DNA of 64,000 bases from Amoeboaphelidium protococcarum X5 (Eukaryota; Fungi; Aphelidiomycota): NCBI GenBank assembly GCA_023515725.1, contig JALDTO010000266.1, positions 1,943,608-2,007,607 of the forward strand. The letters run 5' to 3'. The notes beneath the pieces are model-generated. The model was not told the origin of the DNA, made no database searches, and was given only the letters and a program-made list of their open reading frames with translations. A program made the position numbers and the translations under genes. The stretch's first letter is position 1; each line of letters starts with the position of its first letter. Of the stretch, positions 11,085 to 25,627 are shown piece by piece.

Positions 11085-12294
11085 TTCTATTGAATATTTA
11101 TTTGTTAGATATTATTTGGAAAAGAGGAGTAGCGGTAGAGGTTCAAACACTTTATTTAATCAGAACACAATTGGATTTAATATATTTCGCTCGCCAATAT
11201 CTAATTTTAGATCAAAGATCATCGAATGCGGAAGCACATGTTAGAGTTACAGTTATCCGCATTAAAGCAATAAGATGTAAACTACCAGGATTTTAAAACT
11301 TTCAGCGAAGGAGATCGAAACAAATATAGAAGATAAAAGGTGGCAAGTCTAAGTGTGACTGTCAGTGGATTCTAGGGGGCGAGTGCAATCGCAATTTTCA
11401 AACTTAACCTTAGCGAGTGAAATTTACCGCTTTTAATCGTTTTTCATCAACCAACTCTTCTTTTCTTCACCAAAATACAAATGCAATTAATACTTGCAAA
11501 GTCATTATATTTTTATCAATGGAATATAAATGACTTATGAATGATATTGATATTGAAGTGATGATACAAATTGAGTCAAGCGATGATAATTTATGATTAT
11601 ACATTTCTACAACGGTATCTGATCAATAACGCTCCCTCGACTTTTCACAGTCCCGGGAGAATATCATTAATTATAGTTAATTGGGATTAATGAGAAGTAG
11701 TTGTCAAAAGAAAATCAACAACGATATATAAATCTTAGGGCTCAGCAATCCTACATAATGCGAAATGACTTAAGTGCAGAACGATTTAAAAGATTAACTT
11801 ATCTTCTTCAAATTAGTAGATGCAGTTAGCTAAAATCGTATTGTTGAATTCACTTTGAAGTTGAAACGCCTGAGGAGTTTTCTGCTTGTAAAGGGCCGAT
11901 CTAAATGTGGCGCAGTCCTCTAACCTTAACCGAAAATTCGCTTTACAGAACTACGCCTGCATAAGCTCGAGAACCAAGTTTCAGGGGTCCATCCTAGATT
12001 ACGGTAGCTAAGAGATGCCCGAAAGATTACCACTTGTAAATGAACACACTCTGATAAGCGTGTACTATTTTGGATAAAAAGTACTCGCGTATGATATGAG
12101 TTGATTAATGCATAAGAGTAATAATAATAAAAATCATTTATTTATACAGGCAGTTCATGGTGTATACCTGTCATGTGGCTCAAATCGCTTTCTCTTTAAA
12201 ACTTGAGATTCAATCACCGCGGTTATAAGTTTATCCAGCGCTGTTTTAGATTGTCTCCTTATGTGAATGTTGGAAGTGATGTCCATAACGTCTG

Positions 12295-12370
12295 ACCCTA
12301 TTCATATAATATACCTACTTACAATGTAGGTACCTACCTACATTGTAACTATATAGAATATGAATAGGGT
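12295..12370. repeat. 76-bp nested palindrome (foldback/MITE-like remnant)
   Basis: Outer arms ACCCTATTCATAT (12295-12307) / ATATGAATAGGGT (12358-12370). Inner arms TTACAATGTAGGT (12319-12331) / ACCTACATTGTAA (12336-12348). Confidence 0.85.
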
Positions 12371-12799
12371 AGCTCTTCTGCTTTTTGTCATGCGAAGTCA
12401 TCACCATCCGGTTAGTGATGCGATGACTAGAGCTTCGTAACAATCAATTGAGGAGCGCAGCTTTCATTCTCATTGATGTTGCAAGATTGCTAGTCTACAA
12501 ATTCAAGGGAAGTTTATATTAGTTTATCATTATAATGTCTTCCATATCGTTTGCGTAGGTTGTATTGTTAGTTAAAGCGTTGTCATAGATTTTGCGATGG
12601 TCCTTCCGTGAGTTTCCAAGTGAGGGTTAGGTACGTTCGGATTTGAGATCAGATCAGAGGTGCTAGCACGGCCATCACTAGTCTTCTATTTATACATGCA
12701 GCATTATGTATAATGACCTCCCCACTGTGCTGTATCCGGACAGCATCCAGCGGAGCAGCCACATGTGTCAATCCGGAGATACTAACTAGGGAGTGGCCG

Positions 12800-14220
12800 T
12801 TCTCCGATTAGTTTCAGTTGTAGTGAGTTGGGGGAAGGCTTTGCTGGGCATCGGCGTGCTGCCAACGATGTGATGGCATGATGGCATGATGGATGTTAGT
12901 CCTACCAGCTCCGCAGTCACAAGGGTGACCCCTTTAGTCGAATACTGTATTCTTGTTAATTATCAATGGGCTGTATCCAGTCAGCATATAAGTGATTATT
13001 TATTCGCCGGCTGTCTTTGTATTTTTCTTACAGAGACAGGATACTTTTAGAGTCAATTCGATCAATATATCATTGTTATTACTTGAGCACTCGTTGCTGC
13101 TCCAACTTCCTCATAATGCATTGCTTCAAACGGCGAGAAGCTCTAACTATTCCATCATTATGTCTCTTCTTCGAAAGCCACTCCGCATCCACAAATTTGG
13201 AGTATTCATAGACAGGCTGCAGACGTAAAGAAGAATCTAATTACTATGAGTCCAGTACTTGAGTCAGGTTGTGAACGCTAGGCAGATATTACCAGATATA
13301 GAAGGCTGTGATCATTCTACCACACAAGATTAATGACTGGTTGAAGATTGGTAATTATAAGCAATGGCTCAGCAGGACAACTAATTAAGGACTTCAGGAT
13401 AGATCTAATACTACCATTGATAAAGATTTAGATGATATCGCTGGCGTCCTTGCTAGATCCCCAGCATACATATTCATACATTGTTATTGGATATACTACG
13501 CTCTGTATAAGCCGTATGAGGCAGTGAATAGAAGTCAGACGTCTGCTGGCAGACATTTGTCGAATAATCTGATTAACTTTACTCACTTTGGCTTGGCTCA
13601 GCTTGGCGTGACGTGTCCATGAGAGCTTGGAATCGAAGGTAATTCCCAGATACTTCACGTAAGATTTTGGTCTCACCTCTGTACCGAACATAATCAGCGA
13701 TGGCCCTCTTTAGCCAAAAGTAATCAATGCAGTCTTGGAGGCGTCAAATGCCTGGTTATACTGTACTTTGCAGAATAATTCATGGCATGAGAATTCATGA
13801 ACTGCTACAGCTTTAGCGTGTTGAGCAATGGAGATGGCGATGCGTATCAAATGACAAGGTCATCCGCGTATGCTTACACTCCTAGACCATTCTCCTTCGC
13901 AAGCTGTATAAACTTCTTGCTGTTTAGGATGTAGAGTAGTGGTGAGAGTGACGAGCCTTAAGGAACGCCACATTTGGCTTAGTAGACCACCATTTCTCCA
14001 TCACAATTCATAATTATCTACCTCTTTTTTAAGAAACTGCTAATCCATGCTATTAGATAATTCGAAGAGCCACATCTTCCAGCTCTTTGATCAATACTAA
14101 ACCGGTGTTTTTGATAATATCAAAAATCTGGGCGCCTTTGTCGGCCGCGAAGATTTTAAAAAGGCTTTCAAGTTGAACCAGCTAAAGCCATATCGCGATT
14201 ATGGTAATGCATATTTGTTC
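12800..14220 (-). mobile_element. Degenerate, 5'-truncated non-LTR retrotransposon (LINE, Tad1/I-group-like ORF2)
   Basis: RT motifs WISSFL.KR, GVP[TAA=Q]GSSLSPLLY (~13960), AYADDL (13859-13870), VKYLGITFDSKLSW. C-terminal LTGYSPL..HPCDCG..HH zinc knuckle (~12910). Several frameshifts; boundaries approximate. Confidence 0.85.
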
Positions 14221-14624
14221 CTGGAGCAGATCATCATTTAAAATGCTAATATCAGGCGTCGAGACTGCAGCCGTGGAAAACAAGTATGGAATCTAATGGT
14301 ACAAGAAATTCCTTCTGACTCCGATGATAAAGGTACTGAATGATAGTAATTTTTAAAAAACAATACTATAGAAACTTTCTCCTTTAACATTCTTTTAGAA
14401 TCTACTCTTCTATTTAAAATCAAAATTATTTATTGGTACGCGGAACTCAAGCTATGCTACATCACCATCATCTGACACTTAAATTTGCTAAATAAAAAAA
14501 GTTCAATGACATGCAACACTATAGACAATCTACAAAATTTATATATCATACGGTTAAGACTTAATGAAAGCTCTTCTTAGGCATTAAACGCGACGCGTCC
14601 TACAATAAAATGTCATTTCTTTTA

Positions 14625-16172
14625 TCATTCAATCATATTCATGAGTATCTTGTGCGCGTTTTCTAACCTTTATCTTATGGTGCCTTCAGGCAGTAAATCT
14701 AAAATATCTCGTAAAGCTTCCCCATTCTTCTATCCAGTCAAGGCCCATCGCAAGACACGTTTAGACACTGCGCTATCAACGCCTAACTCTTACGCAGCTC
14801 CCTTAAAGCTACTATAATCTTTAAACTTCGTTGATGATAAATTCGCCATCAATTTTCCAATGTAAAGCCTTGTCTCTGGCAACTATTCTTTCATCTGTTG
14901 TAGCAACTGATTAACATCTAATTGTGGATCACTAAAGAAGTAACTGCTCGCCACCTTGAACTCTTGCATTGTCCTGATTTAGGGAACCAGTAGATTAAAC
15001 ACTTTTATCTTGTATTGATCATCAAATTGAGAATAAGTCGCATACAGCGTATTGTCAATCTACTTCACCAGGGATTGGCTATCCTGCTACGTCATCTGCA
15101 TCAGCCAGCTTTGATTAAGACGACCGAGTCGTGACGGATCAACCACACAATTCTTACCAGAGAACACGTCCCGAAGATTATCTATATCAACCAATTTTTC
15201 AGCGATATTTTGGTAGAATTCTGGCAATGAGCTCTGATAGATCAATGGTATGTTGTTCTTCACGTATTTCTAATTCATGCCCAAAGTGAGAGCGAAATAT
15301 GCCAAAACTTGAGGAAAATACCCATCAGACAACAACTATGAGATTGTTCCAATGCCGCTACCATCCTAACTGGATCTTTTAGATAACTTGGTACCATTTT
15401 TGTTCATAAGAAGAGGTAGATGTGCATATCTAGTACTGTTCTTGTTCATAGATGATGGAAATACAGCGGATAAGTATCGCGACAGAATAATGTGCTTCGG
15501 CAAAGAGCTAAACCATTCCTCACCTCTTATAACGTGACTGATACCAAATTCTTGATCATCTACAGCATTAGCCAGATGATAGGTGGGATGACCATCAGCT
15601 TTAAGTAGAATAGAGTCGTCCAAGTCTTTTAGTAATATTTTCAATTTACCCTTCATTAGATCGCGAGTCTATGCCAACTATCGCGCAATATCTAGAGAAC
15701 TTTTATCATTGGATAGAGGTACTTTTAGCCGAATAGTACTCCTTTAATCTTGCATTGGAGACGACTATTACTATTAAGCATCCACTGATGATAAGCGACA
15801 CTTTCTATCATAAGTTGGAATCTGACCTGATCGCAGAGCCTGATCGCGAATTCTTTGTAAACGTTCCTAAGTACAGACACATTTATACGTATATCCATGA
15901 CTCAATAATTATTGCGCACTCTATAAGTAAGTCTTAGTCCTCTCAGATTGTACAATCCGTCTGCTATAGTTGATGCCAAAAATGTCCATCATTCGATCCA
16001 GCTATTGCAAAGAGCCAGCATTAAAACGCGTCCTATCAGTATCGTCAATTCTATATATCATCTCCCCGCCATACTTTAACGAATATATATAATTGAATAA
16101 CAACACTCTAAGTCCACCTAGATGAAAGTCTCCAGTAGGACTAGGCGCAAATCTGGTTCTAAATATTGACAT
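14625..16172 (-). CDS. EARS2: Mitochondrial glutamyl-tRNA synthetase, 515 aa
   Basis: [16 protein letters not shown] (HIGH motif), [24 protein letters not shown] (KMSKS motif). Confidence 0.93.
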
Positions 16173-16298
16173 ATTCTTGGATAGCGATAAAATATACACA
16201 CTCCGCTAACGATAGAAGCTCCTCTTGAAATTGATCGCTCGCTTTAAGTTTCGCGACCAGATCAAACAATTTTCAGTTCGCAAAGCAAAACACGCAAA

Positions 16299-17153
16299 AT
16301 GTCAACAATGATTATGAATGAAGAGGACCAGTTGGAGTTGCAGGCGTATTAAGAAAGTCTGCGCGGTGGAAATATTAAATCTGGCATAGCAGATAAGAAG
16401 TAGAAGAAAGTATTCGCCAATAATGTCAATCTAATGAAGGAGCGCGCTGCAGAGATGGAGCTGTCTCGTATTGCTGGCCATTAATTGGAATTTATGGATC
16501 ATCTTGTTCATGTTGTCAGTCCTGTATCCGCTGGTGGTGATGATGATAATGATGAGTAGTAAAAGTAGAAGATTAATGCTGAAGATGACATCAAACGCGA
16601 ATTGTCATTTTACTCTCAAGCACTTGCCACTGCTCAGTACGGTATCAGCAATATCAAGCCATTCTTTAGACCTGATGATTACTTTGCCGAGATGGTGAAG
16701 AGTGACGACCACATGACCAAGATCAAGACTCGCATTGTGGAAGAGCAAGAGAAGATTAAGAAGAGTGAAGAGGCGAAGAGAAGACGTGATATGAAGAAGT
16801 TTGGTAAGAATGTCAAGGCTGAGGTGCTCAAGGAGCGATCCATGTAGAAGAAGCGTGAAGCTGATAAGATTGAGTCCTTCAAGAAGAGACATAAGCGAAA
16901 CAATGATGATGCGCCTGGTGACCAGTTTGACATTGATGCCATTGTTGGTGACTCTGCTGCTGATAAGAAGAGATCGCAGCATAAGAAGCGAAATGGCTCT
17001 CAAACATCAAAATCTAAATTTGAGCGCGTGAAAGCTGGCAAAAACTCTAGTCGCAGCAGCAGCGGTAGTGGTGGTGCAAAGAAGGGTGGCGTTGCCAAAG
17101 CATCTAGACCAGGCAAGTCGCGCCGTAAAGCACAGTCAGGCAAGAGAAGATGA
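16299..17153 (+). CDS. EBP2: rRNA-processing protein Ebp2, 284 aa
   Basis: DDIKRELSFYSQAL, RPDDYFAEMVKSDDHM, KKFGK, C-terminal RPGKSRR. Confidence 0.93.
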
Positions 17154-17401
17154 TTTGCTCTATATAGTTTACGATTGATCATATAGAAATGGAATATATC
17201 TCTTTGTTATTGAATTCGTTTAGTTAATTTATTTTCGAAGCATTCGTATGAGTTTGTTTCTTAATCGCCACGCGTCAGATGATTCCACAAAGCCCGTTCG
17301 CGTTTGAACTTGCTCCGTCCATTTCTTCACTGCTGCCCAATACTACTATCAGCACCTTAATTAAAGTCAGTTCGCCTTTATCGTACAAACATCGCCAAGT
17401 T

Positions 17402-18958
17402 ATGGTCGATAATGTTTTGAGATTGTCTTGCTCTATATAGACTTATAAGTGGGGAAAGAAGGGTAGCGATTCTATGGTTGCTCAATTGGGTTAGAATGCA
17501 TCACACTAGTTTGAAGCGAAAGCGGATGAAACGTATGCTGAGCTGTGGATGGGCTGTCATCCATCCGGACCATCATATCTGTGGGGAACTTAGACATTGC
17601 TCGCTGATCATCTGAAGTAGAATCCTGAGCTTATTTATGGCAGCTCTTAGCAAGTAAGGAATGGTGCTATTGATTCCAGGTATGTCAACTCTCTTCCATT
17701 TCTGTTTAAAGTTCTGTCAGTGAACACTGCGCTGTCTATTCAAGCTCATCCTGACCTCTAGTTGGCCAAGCGGTTACACAGTGAACGACCACAATCATAC
17801 AAGGATGGGAATCATAAGCCTGAGATGGCGCTAGCTTTACCTCAACCAGAGGGAGCATAGTCATATATATGTTTTCAAGCTCTTTGTGGCTTCCGTCCAT
17901 TGGAAGAAATCGCCATCTACCTAGAAATATATTAGGATTGCGTCGCTGATGTATTTGGTGGTAATCAAGTGGTGGATGAGTTCATAGCGTATGTCAGAGA
18001 TTTGGGTACAATAAAACGTCGCGCTTCACTGTCATCAAAGTCTGATGCTCAAGGCGGACTTAACTAGACTTAACAATACGATGAAAAGGATATTGCAAGA
18101 AATAATGATCAAGACAAGCAGGTGCTCAAGAAGTTGTTTGAATGTCTAATGAAAGCTGATCGCTAGCAAGTAATCGGTGCTATTCGTTCAATTCTCGATA
18201 AGATTGAGTCGTAGAAAGGAGCTGAGTTTTCTAGAGGATCTATTGAGGCGTTGATACCTCTGCTCAACAGCTAGTACCCGGATGATGTTGGTGTGCTAGC
18301 TCCGTTTCTATTAAACTATGTTGAACTGGATCCTAGTGCCGCTGATTCGCTCTTTCTAGGACCCAACGAGCCTCATGCTTACCTGCATGGTGATATTATG
18401 GAGTGTATGGCATCATCAGATAATGTTGTTAGAGCTGGACTGACTCCAAAGGAACGCGATGTTGAGACGCTGGTGGAAATGCTGACGTATGAGTCTGTGG
18501 CATCAAAAGATGTGCCGTTTTCCGGGATCCCAGTGAAGGATGAGCAGCATCCTAGAGGTCTTGATGGAACTCATCTGAGTGTATGTGATCATCAGGGAGT
18601 TGATGCTGATGCAGCGGTATCACTATACACTGTTCCTGTGGATGAGTTTAAGATTGCCAAAATTGTTTTGTCAAACACTTCTTGTCCACACACAACGTTT
18701 GGTGCAATAAATGGTCCATCTATTTTGATTGTAATCAAGGGTGATGGTGAGATGAAGGTTCAACACGGCGCTGCTTCATAACAAGCGTCTGAATATTCTG
18801 ATGAAATTGTATCAGCTGTGGAGGAGTCTTTCCCATTACATCAAGGCTACGTTTACTTTATTGGTGCAGATACAAAAATCCTCTTGTAAAAGGCGAAAGA
18901 TTGCGATACTTTACTGGCTTACAAGGCCTACTGTAACATGAGTGACTTTATGAAATGA
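17402..18958 (+). CDS. PMI40: Mannose-6-phosphate isomerase (type I), 518 aa
   Basis: Q(TAG)[65 protein letters not shown]. Confidence 0.95.
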
Positions 18959-19278
18959 GCATTTTAATAACTGAGTAAAACTGGTTCGAAGTTTAGATTT
19001 AAACCAATGAATCAACAAGACTCATATAAAGATGAACTGGGAAAGCTGAAAGATGAAAGGGTACTAACATTTAAGAGTAAAACGCGATTCACCAACAGTT
19101 ACCATTTCCCCCCACTCATACAACTGCTGGTCGTGAACAATCCTGTGATTCGCCACTTATTATCACCAATCACGCGTTAAATCAGAATTCTACCGCACGT
19201 CCCTCGCTGCTTCTCTTCTTCTCCTTCAATTTCTAGTTTCCTCTTCACTTCACATTTTGAAACGACACGACGACGACG

Positions 19279-19878
19279 ATGATTCCCTCAACGAAACTCA
19301 TTGTCAGGGTCTTTTTACTGCTTGGAGTCACGCTTGCATCGCTGCCACTCCTATTACTTATTGCACAGTCATCTGATACTTTATCTGTAAACGCTGCCGA
19401 ATAGCATTCGTAAAGTGAGTAGATGAAGAGCCAGAATTATTCTACTATGAGTGTTGAACAACTGTCCAGTAGATATCAGCAATTGAAGAGTGTACCATCT
19501 CATTTTGACGAGCGCCCTCATGATAATGCCAACAGTGTAAATAATAGCACTGATGAAGTTGATTTATATAATGGTGAAAAGCATTAAGTAATGATGGCGC
19601 TGGGTTAGAAATTGGGTTAGAAGGGCACGAAATGGGAATAACTACTTGATGCCATGGGTGAACCAGATGAAATTACCCATGATCTGGATAATCCACATCA
19701 GTCTGCACCATTCATGCCAGGCCCTGTAATTCCAGAAGGATCGCCACCTGCTGATCAGTAGGAAGGTGAGGTGTATTTGCTGTATTATTGGCGCGGTAGA
19801 CACGACTTTCTGTGGTTTCAAATGAGCGAGTCGTCAGAGATTATCCAGAAGAGCGACTGGCATTACACTCAGGAATGA
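19279..19878 (+). CDS. Hypothetical protein with N-terminal signal peptide/anchor, 199 aa
   Basis: Continuous table-6 ORF with a hydrophobic N-terminus and a globular C-terminal part containing YYWRGRHDFLWF. Confidence 0.75.
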
Positions 19879-20178
19879 TAATAAAAAACACGAAATGAAT
19901 TGAATTGAAATGAGAATTGTTCTATTGCATTTGATATACGCGCTTCTTCCATTTCTTTTTGATACAATTGTTGGGCCTTTTAAATGACTTTGTTTTAACT
20001 CATGGGTAGTTTGTATTGTTGAATCACACTTGAGAGAGTTTGTTGAACTCTGGATTGTAACGAATTTCCTTCCATTTGCCGATCTTGTTTCGCAATTTTC
20101 AAATTTGACAAGGATTTCTTTTGTATTTCACATTTAACCAATATCACTGATAGAAACATTCAGTACGATAATCTTTAT

Positions 20179-21822
20179 ATGCTCAAATTGGTCCCGCATA
20201 GGAGAGAGTCATCTGTGGGCGCGGTAGATGATTTAGAGTCTCCATTGAGAGAGGTTTTCAAGTCAATCAAGTTTCCCAGTGCTCGCTCATCTACTAGCAC
20301 TATCGATTCATCGTATCCTCGTCACTCTTCTAGTAGACAATATTCTACAATCTATCTAAATAATCTATGGTCTAATATAAAGTAATTTTTGCATGTTAAT
20401 ATTAATGATCTGTATGAAAGTTTTAGACTTCAGCTGCCTGTTACTAGTCTGATTAGCGTAATTTTATTCAACTTTATCGTGACAAGTCTGGCTCTGGTAT
20501 CAAACAAGGTTCTTCTCACTTATTATAATGATTTCAAGATGAACTTTATGTATCTATCACTCTAATCAATATTTGGTGCTCTATTATTATTGATTGCAAG
20601 AGGATACAAGTTGGTAAGAATCCGCCGGGTGAGACTGAAAGATTTGATAATCTAAATTCCAGTCAGTTGCTGCCTAGTGTTGATGATTTACAGTTCTAGC
20701 AAGAGTCTTGAGCATTGTTCTATTCCTCTGTTTATGATCTATAAGAACATGGGCACCATTCTTATTGTATTTGGAGAGTATTACGTGTATAAAAGGTAAC
20801 TTAATGCCCAGTTTCTGGTGTCATTTATTTTATTAGTATTCGCTGGTGGAATGGCTGCTTTGATATCAATGTCTTCCACTGTTTCAACTGCAACAGATCA
20901 TCAAACGATGATTAGTAATACTGATGTGGTTGGATTATATTGGATGTGTTTGAATTCAGTCTCTGGCTCTCTATTTGTACTAATGATGAGGAAGAGTGTC
21001 TCCTAGTTGAAGTTGCACGATCCAATTGATACCATATTTTACAATTCTCTTATATCAGGGCCTCTGATGTTGGTGATTAGTTTTATCACTGAAGATTGGA
21101 ATGGATTTTATGGTCAGTATTTCACTAATATTCCTAGTGAGACTGGAGCATCTCCGCGAAGTAAGTTGGTATTTACATTTGTATGCTACGCTGTGTGTTC
21201 AAGTGGTGTTCATTATGCGTCTTCCCTCTGTTCTTAAGTCACATCTCCCCGATGGTATGGCGTGATATCTGCTCTTAATAAAATTCCTATGACTCTAGCA
21301 AGCATGATATTTTTTAGTGCTCATACTGCCAGATTTACCTCTAGTATTATGTCGTGCCTTGCTGTATCCAGTTTTGGTGCCATTTTGTTGAATTGGAGTC
21401 GATTGCAATCGTCGCCGATGATAAGATAACAGTCTCAAGAGTAAAAGATTGCTCTATAAGATAATAAAAGTGTCAATGCTTTACAATCCAAGGATGCTCC
21501 TGAAAGTGATAGCCTGAGCGCATCTAATGACAGTATAAACAGAAAACAACATGCCGATAGGAACAATAATGAAGGTGAAGAGTTGAGCCACGGATATGTT
21601 GACTTTCTGCTGATTGGAGTGGAGACGCATACTGTGCCGGCTCATTAAATAAACTGTATTCTAGTCGGACGACAGAAGTTCCTAATCAATTTCATTGCCA
21701 TTTTCACTAAACATCTCTACCAAGGTACGCCAACATTCCACCAACCAAGTGTAAACTTCCAGTTACCAAAACAGAAGTTTAATCTTTACAGTCTGCGCGC
21801 AATGTGTTAATTAAATTCTTGA
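20179..21822 (+). CDS. GDP-mannose (nucleotide-sugar) transporter, Vrg4-like; 3' end uncertain
   Basis: NKVLL..FKMNFMYL.LQS, LVLMIYSSSKSL, YKNMGTILIVFGE, SALNKIP (GALNK motif). The first in-frame TGA is at 21820-21822, inside the antisense FPGS gene. Confidence 0.8.
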
Positions 21823-23328
21823 TTGAAGGATAGATGTCAACTCTACAATCATTTTCCTTACTTTACAATGCTGAAGTCCAGCATGCTTTCAACGCATTCA
21901 GATTATCCAGTTGCTCCTTCTTGTCTGTCATGTTATTGACAAGATCAGCATAACGATCAGATGCGCTATCACCGTCCGTTATATCATCATCTGCGGAAAA
22001 GACATTATTAGACACAAAGCATACTCTATCAAATTTCGACACCTCCTTATGAAGATAGATTAGCGGAGATAACAACTGCTATGGATCTCTTCCCATAGTA
22101 CAGTTGAATACTAGAACTCTAGTCCCAGACTTGTTGTCATTCTCCATAGCTTTAGTGAACCATTTACTGCAGGCATTGAGACTCTCCGCGGTATGTGCAC
22201 CATCCATATAAAATGTAAAATCGTTACGATCATCCATCAAGACTTGTGCTCGACCTGGCCACCGAGCCTCTCGTAATCCATTCAAAATGTCATTGCTTAG
22301 CGGTAAAGAACGTACTCTATCAGCATAAGCACTAGAGTCTGCGTGACGATAGGAAAGGTTATTATCATTCATTCGCTCTACCCAAGTCTGCGCAAGAGCA
22401 GCGGCCAGTGCAGCATTCAACTTTTAATGATCACCTGATAGTCCTACTTGAGATACTTATGAAGGAAGCTGATCAACACACATCAAAGCGCAATCAATCT
22501 CCCGACTCCGCTTTCTAATAACTTCCATCGCTTCATCTGTGGGCTACTACACTGTAATAGCCGGACATTCTTATTTCATTATGCCAGCTTTATGCGAGGC
22601 AATTTCCGGCAGAGTATTACCGAGGATTGCCATGTGATCATAACCTAGACTGGATATCCCACACACCACAGGTTGAGTTACAATGTTGGTAGAATCATAC
22701 GTTCCTCCAATGCCAACTTCCATAATGGCAACATCAACACGCTCCTTGATAAATACATGTACGGCCATCAGCGTGAGGAATCTAAAATACGTTGGCAGAC
22801 TCTAAGGCTACACAAAAACTCATAGATAACAACACAACGTTAGTACTTTGGAGAGTCGATAAACTTACGTTGGATGCATGCAACTTGTCATACACTTCAT
22901 AAAAGTACCGACTAAACGACTACTAACTGATCGGTGCCCCATCGATACGAATCCGCTCACGCACCTGTATCAGATGTGGTGAAGTGAATAGACCAGTTCT
23001 GACGCGACGATCTGCATGCTGAGGATGAGCACAATGGCGCAAGATACTCTCTGTCATGGCGCACGTAGAACCTTTGCCTTTAGTACCGCTGACGTGGATT
23101 ATATTCAGACCATTAACGTCCTGATCAGAGTACCCAATAGCAGCCAGGTATCGACGCATCTCAGGCAAGCTCTAATTGTTCATACGCGGACCAGCTTTTC
23201 TAAGCGCGTTCAACACCGCGGCATTCGTCTACAGACCATTCAGACACTCGATTGCGCTCTACAGACATTTCACAGAACAGTAGATAAGACAGCACTATGA
23301 ATGGAAATCTTACTCTATAATTGCGCAT
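21704..23328 (-). CDS. MET7: Folylpolyglutamate synthase, 502 aa; exons 23314-23328, 22869-23258, 21704-22807
   Basis: LNGLQ(TAG)[53 protein letters not shown]. Intron 2 has a TACTAAC branch point (22839-22845). Confidence 0.93.
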
Positions 23329-23754
23329 CGGTTAATATTAATTCTGCTGATTTAATGCAAGAGGTTGATTAGTGTTAGAGGCCGTCATTAGAATGCTCCA
23401 ATTTGCAGTTTCGTAGAAAACATCGCTGCTGATCACTTTCCACTTGTAGATCAATCGACATTGTTTGAAATACCTTAAATTTATATATACATTCTCTCAT
23501 TTATATTATTCCACAAGAATAATGATATCTTAAAGATAAAATTGGTATAAAAAGGTATAATACTAAGAAAATTCAAAGTAGATGTTATAACGCGTGGATA
23601 TCCGAGGGGCCCATTTTTCACTGTACAGTAAAGCTCACTCGAACTACAGTATTAGGCGATGTACAATCAAAAATTTATTATTTTCAGTTCTGTACATCAT
23701 TCAATTGATTGATTGAGATAAAGCGTTTTTAATTCAATTCTAAACAGTGATTTC

Positions 23755-24648
<894 letters not shown>

Positions 24649-24800
24649 CTGATTTATTTAGTAAATTAATCTTCACATTGAAATTACTCTTGCCGCCTTT
24701 TTAACTTCCTTTGCTGACCACGATCTGTTAACTAAACCGACAATTAAATCTTTCTCTGATTACTCAATAGTCTAAAGCAGATTAATATATAATTGAGGCA

Positions 24801-25571
24801 ATGACTATAACGAGCGAGTTTGCTGTGGAAATGACTTGTGGTAGCTGTGTCAAGTGTGTGAAGGAGGCAGTGGGTACATTCGGTAAACAGATAACTAGAA
24901 TGGATATTCAGCTTGAATAATAGCGCGTCGTCGTTCAAAGTAACGTTCCAACATCTGCATTATACAAAGTACTTAGAGACACTGGATTGAATGTTGTTGT
25001 TAGAGGTGTCGGTTCTTCGCTAGGTTAGAATATGGGTGCTGCGGTCTCTATACTGGATCATGTGATGACGCGGAATGGATGTCTTCAGCAGGACTTGACT
25101 CCTTATGGATTGGTACGTCTCGTCCAGGTGGAGAATGGTGAATGTTGGATAGATTTCTCTTTTACTGTAAGGGAATAGGATCGCCTGTACTCATACTTGA
25201 AAGTGTCGGATGATGATGAATTGAATAATGTACCATTTACTTTAGCTTTGCATGAATGCGGGGATTTTAGTTAATCAGATGGACCTGGTGAAGTTCACAC
25301 CTTAATCAGTGATCAAGTTCGGCTGGAATAGGATGGCAATACATTTACAGCATCATCTGTTATTCCCAGCTGTCAGCTATAATTGCATGAAATTATAGGC
25401 CGTGCGATATGCTTTTATCCAAGCGGATTGTCAGTTGATAATGTAAAAGATGCAGCATACGTTGGTGGTGTTGTTGCACGGTCTGCTGGTTTATTCGAAA
25501 ATTAAAAGTTGGTTTGTCCATGCAGTGGACTGAACGCGTTTGAAGAAGCGAAATAGTATTCGTTCAAGTGA
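24801..25571 (+). CDS. CCS1: Copper chaperone for SOD1, 256 aa
   Basis: N-terminal MTCGSC, IIGRA, ARSAGLFEN.K.VCPC. Confidence 0.92.
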
Positions 25572-25627
25572 TAGTATCATGTGTGTCTATAAAGATGTTA
25601 TTGCATTTTTAGTATTTCTAGATTTCA

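Noticed and set aside
11538-12043. ~165-codon + strand frame with an early TGA
   Set aside because: No recognisable domain. With one stop codon, open frames of this length arise often by chance.
19279-19430. Apparent frameshift between the signal peptide and the body of the orphan gene
   Set aside because: Recounting shows ATG 19279 and ATG 19423 are in the same frame.
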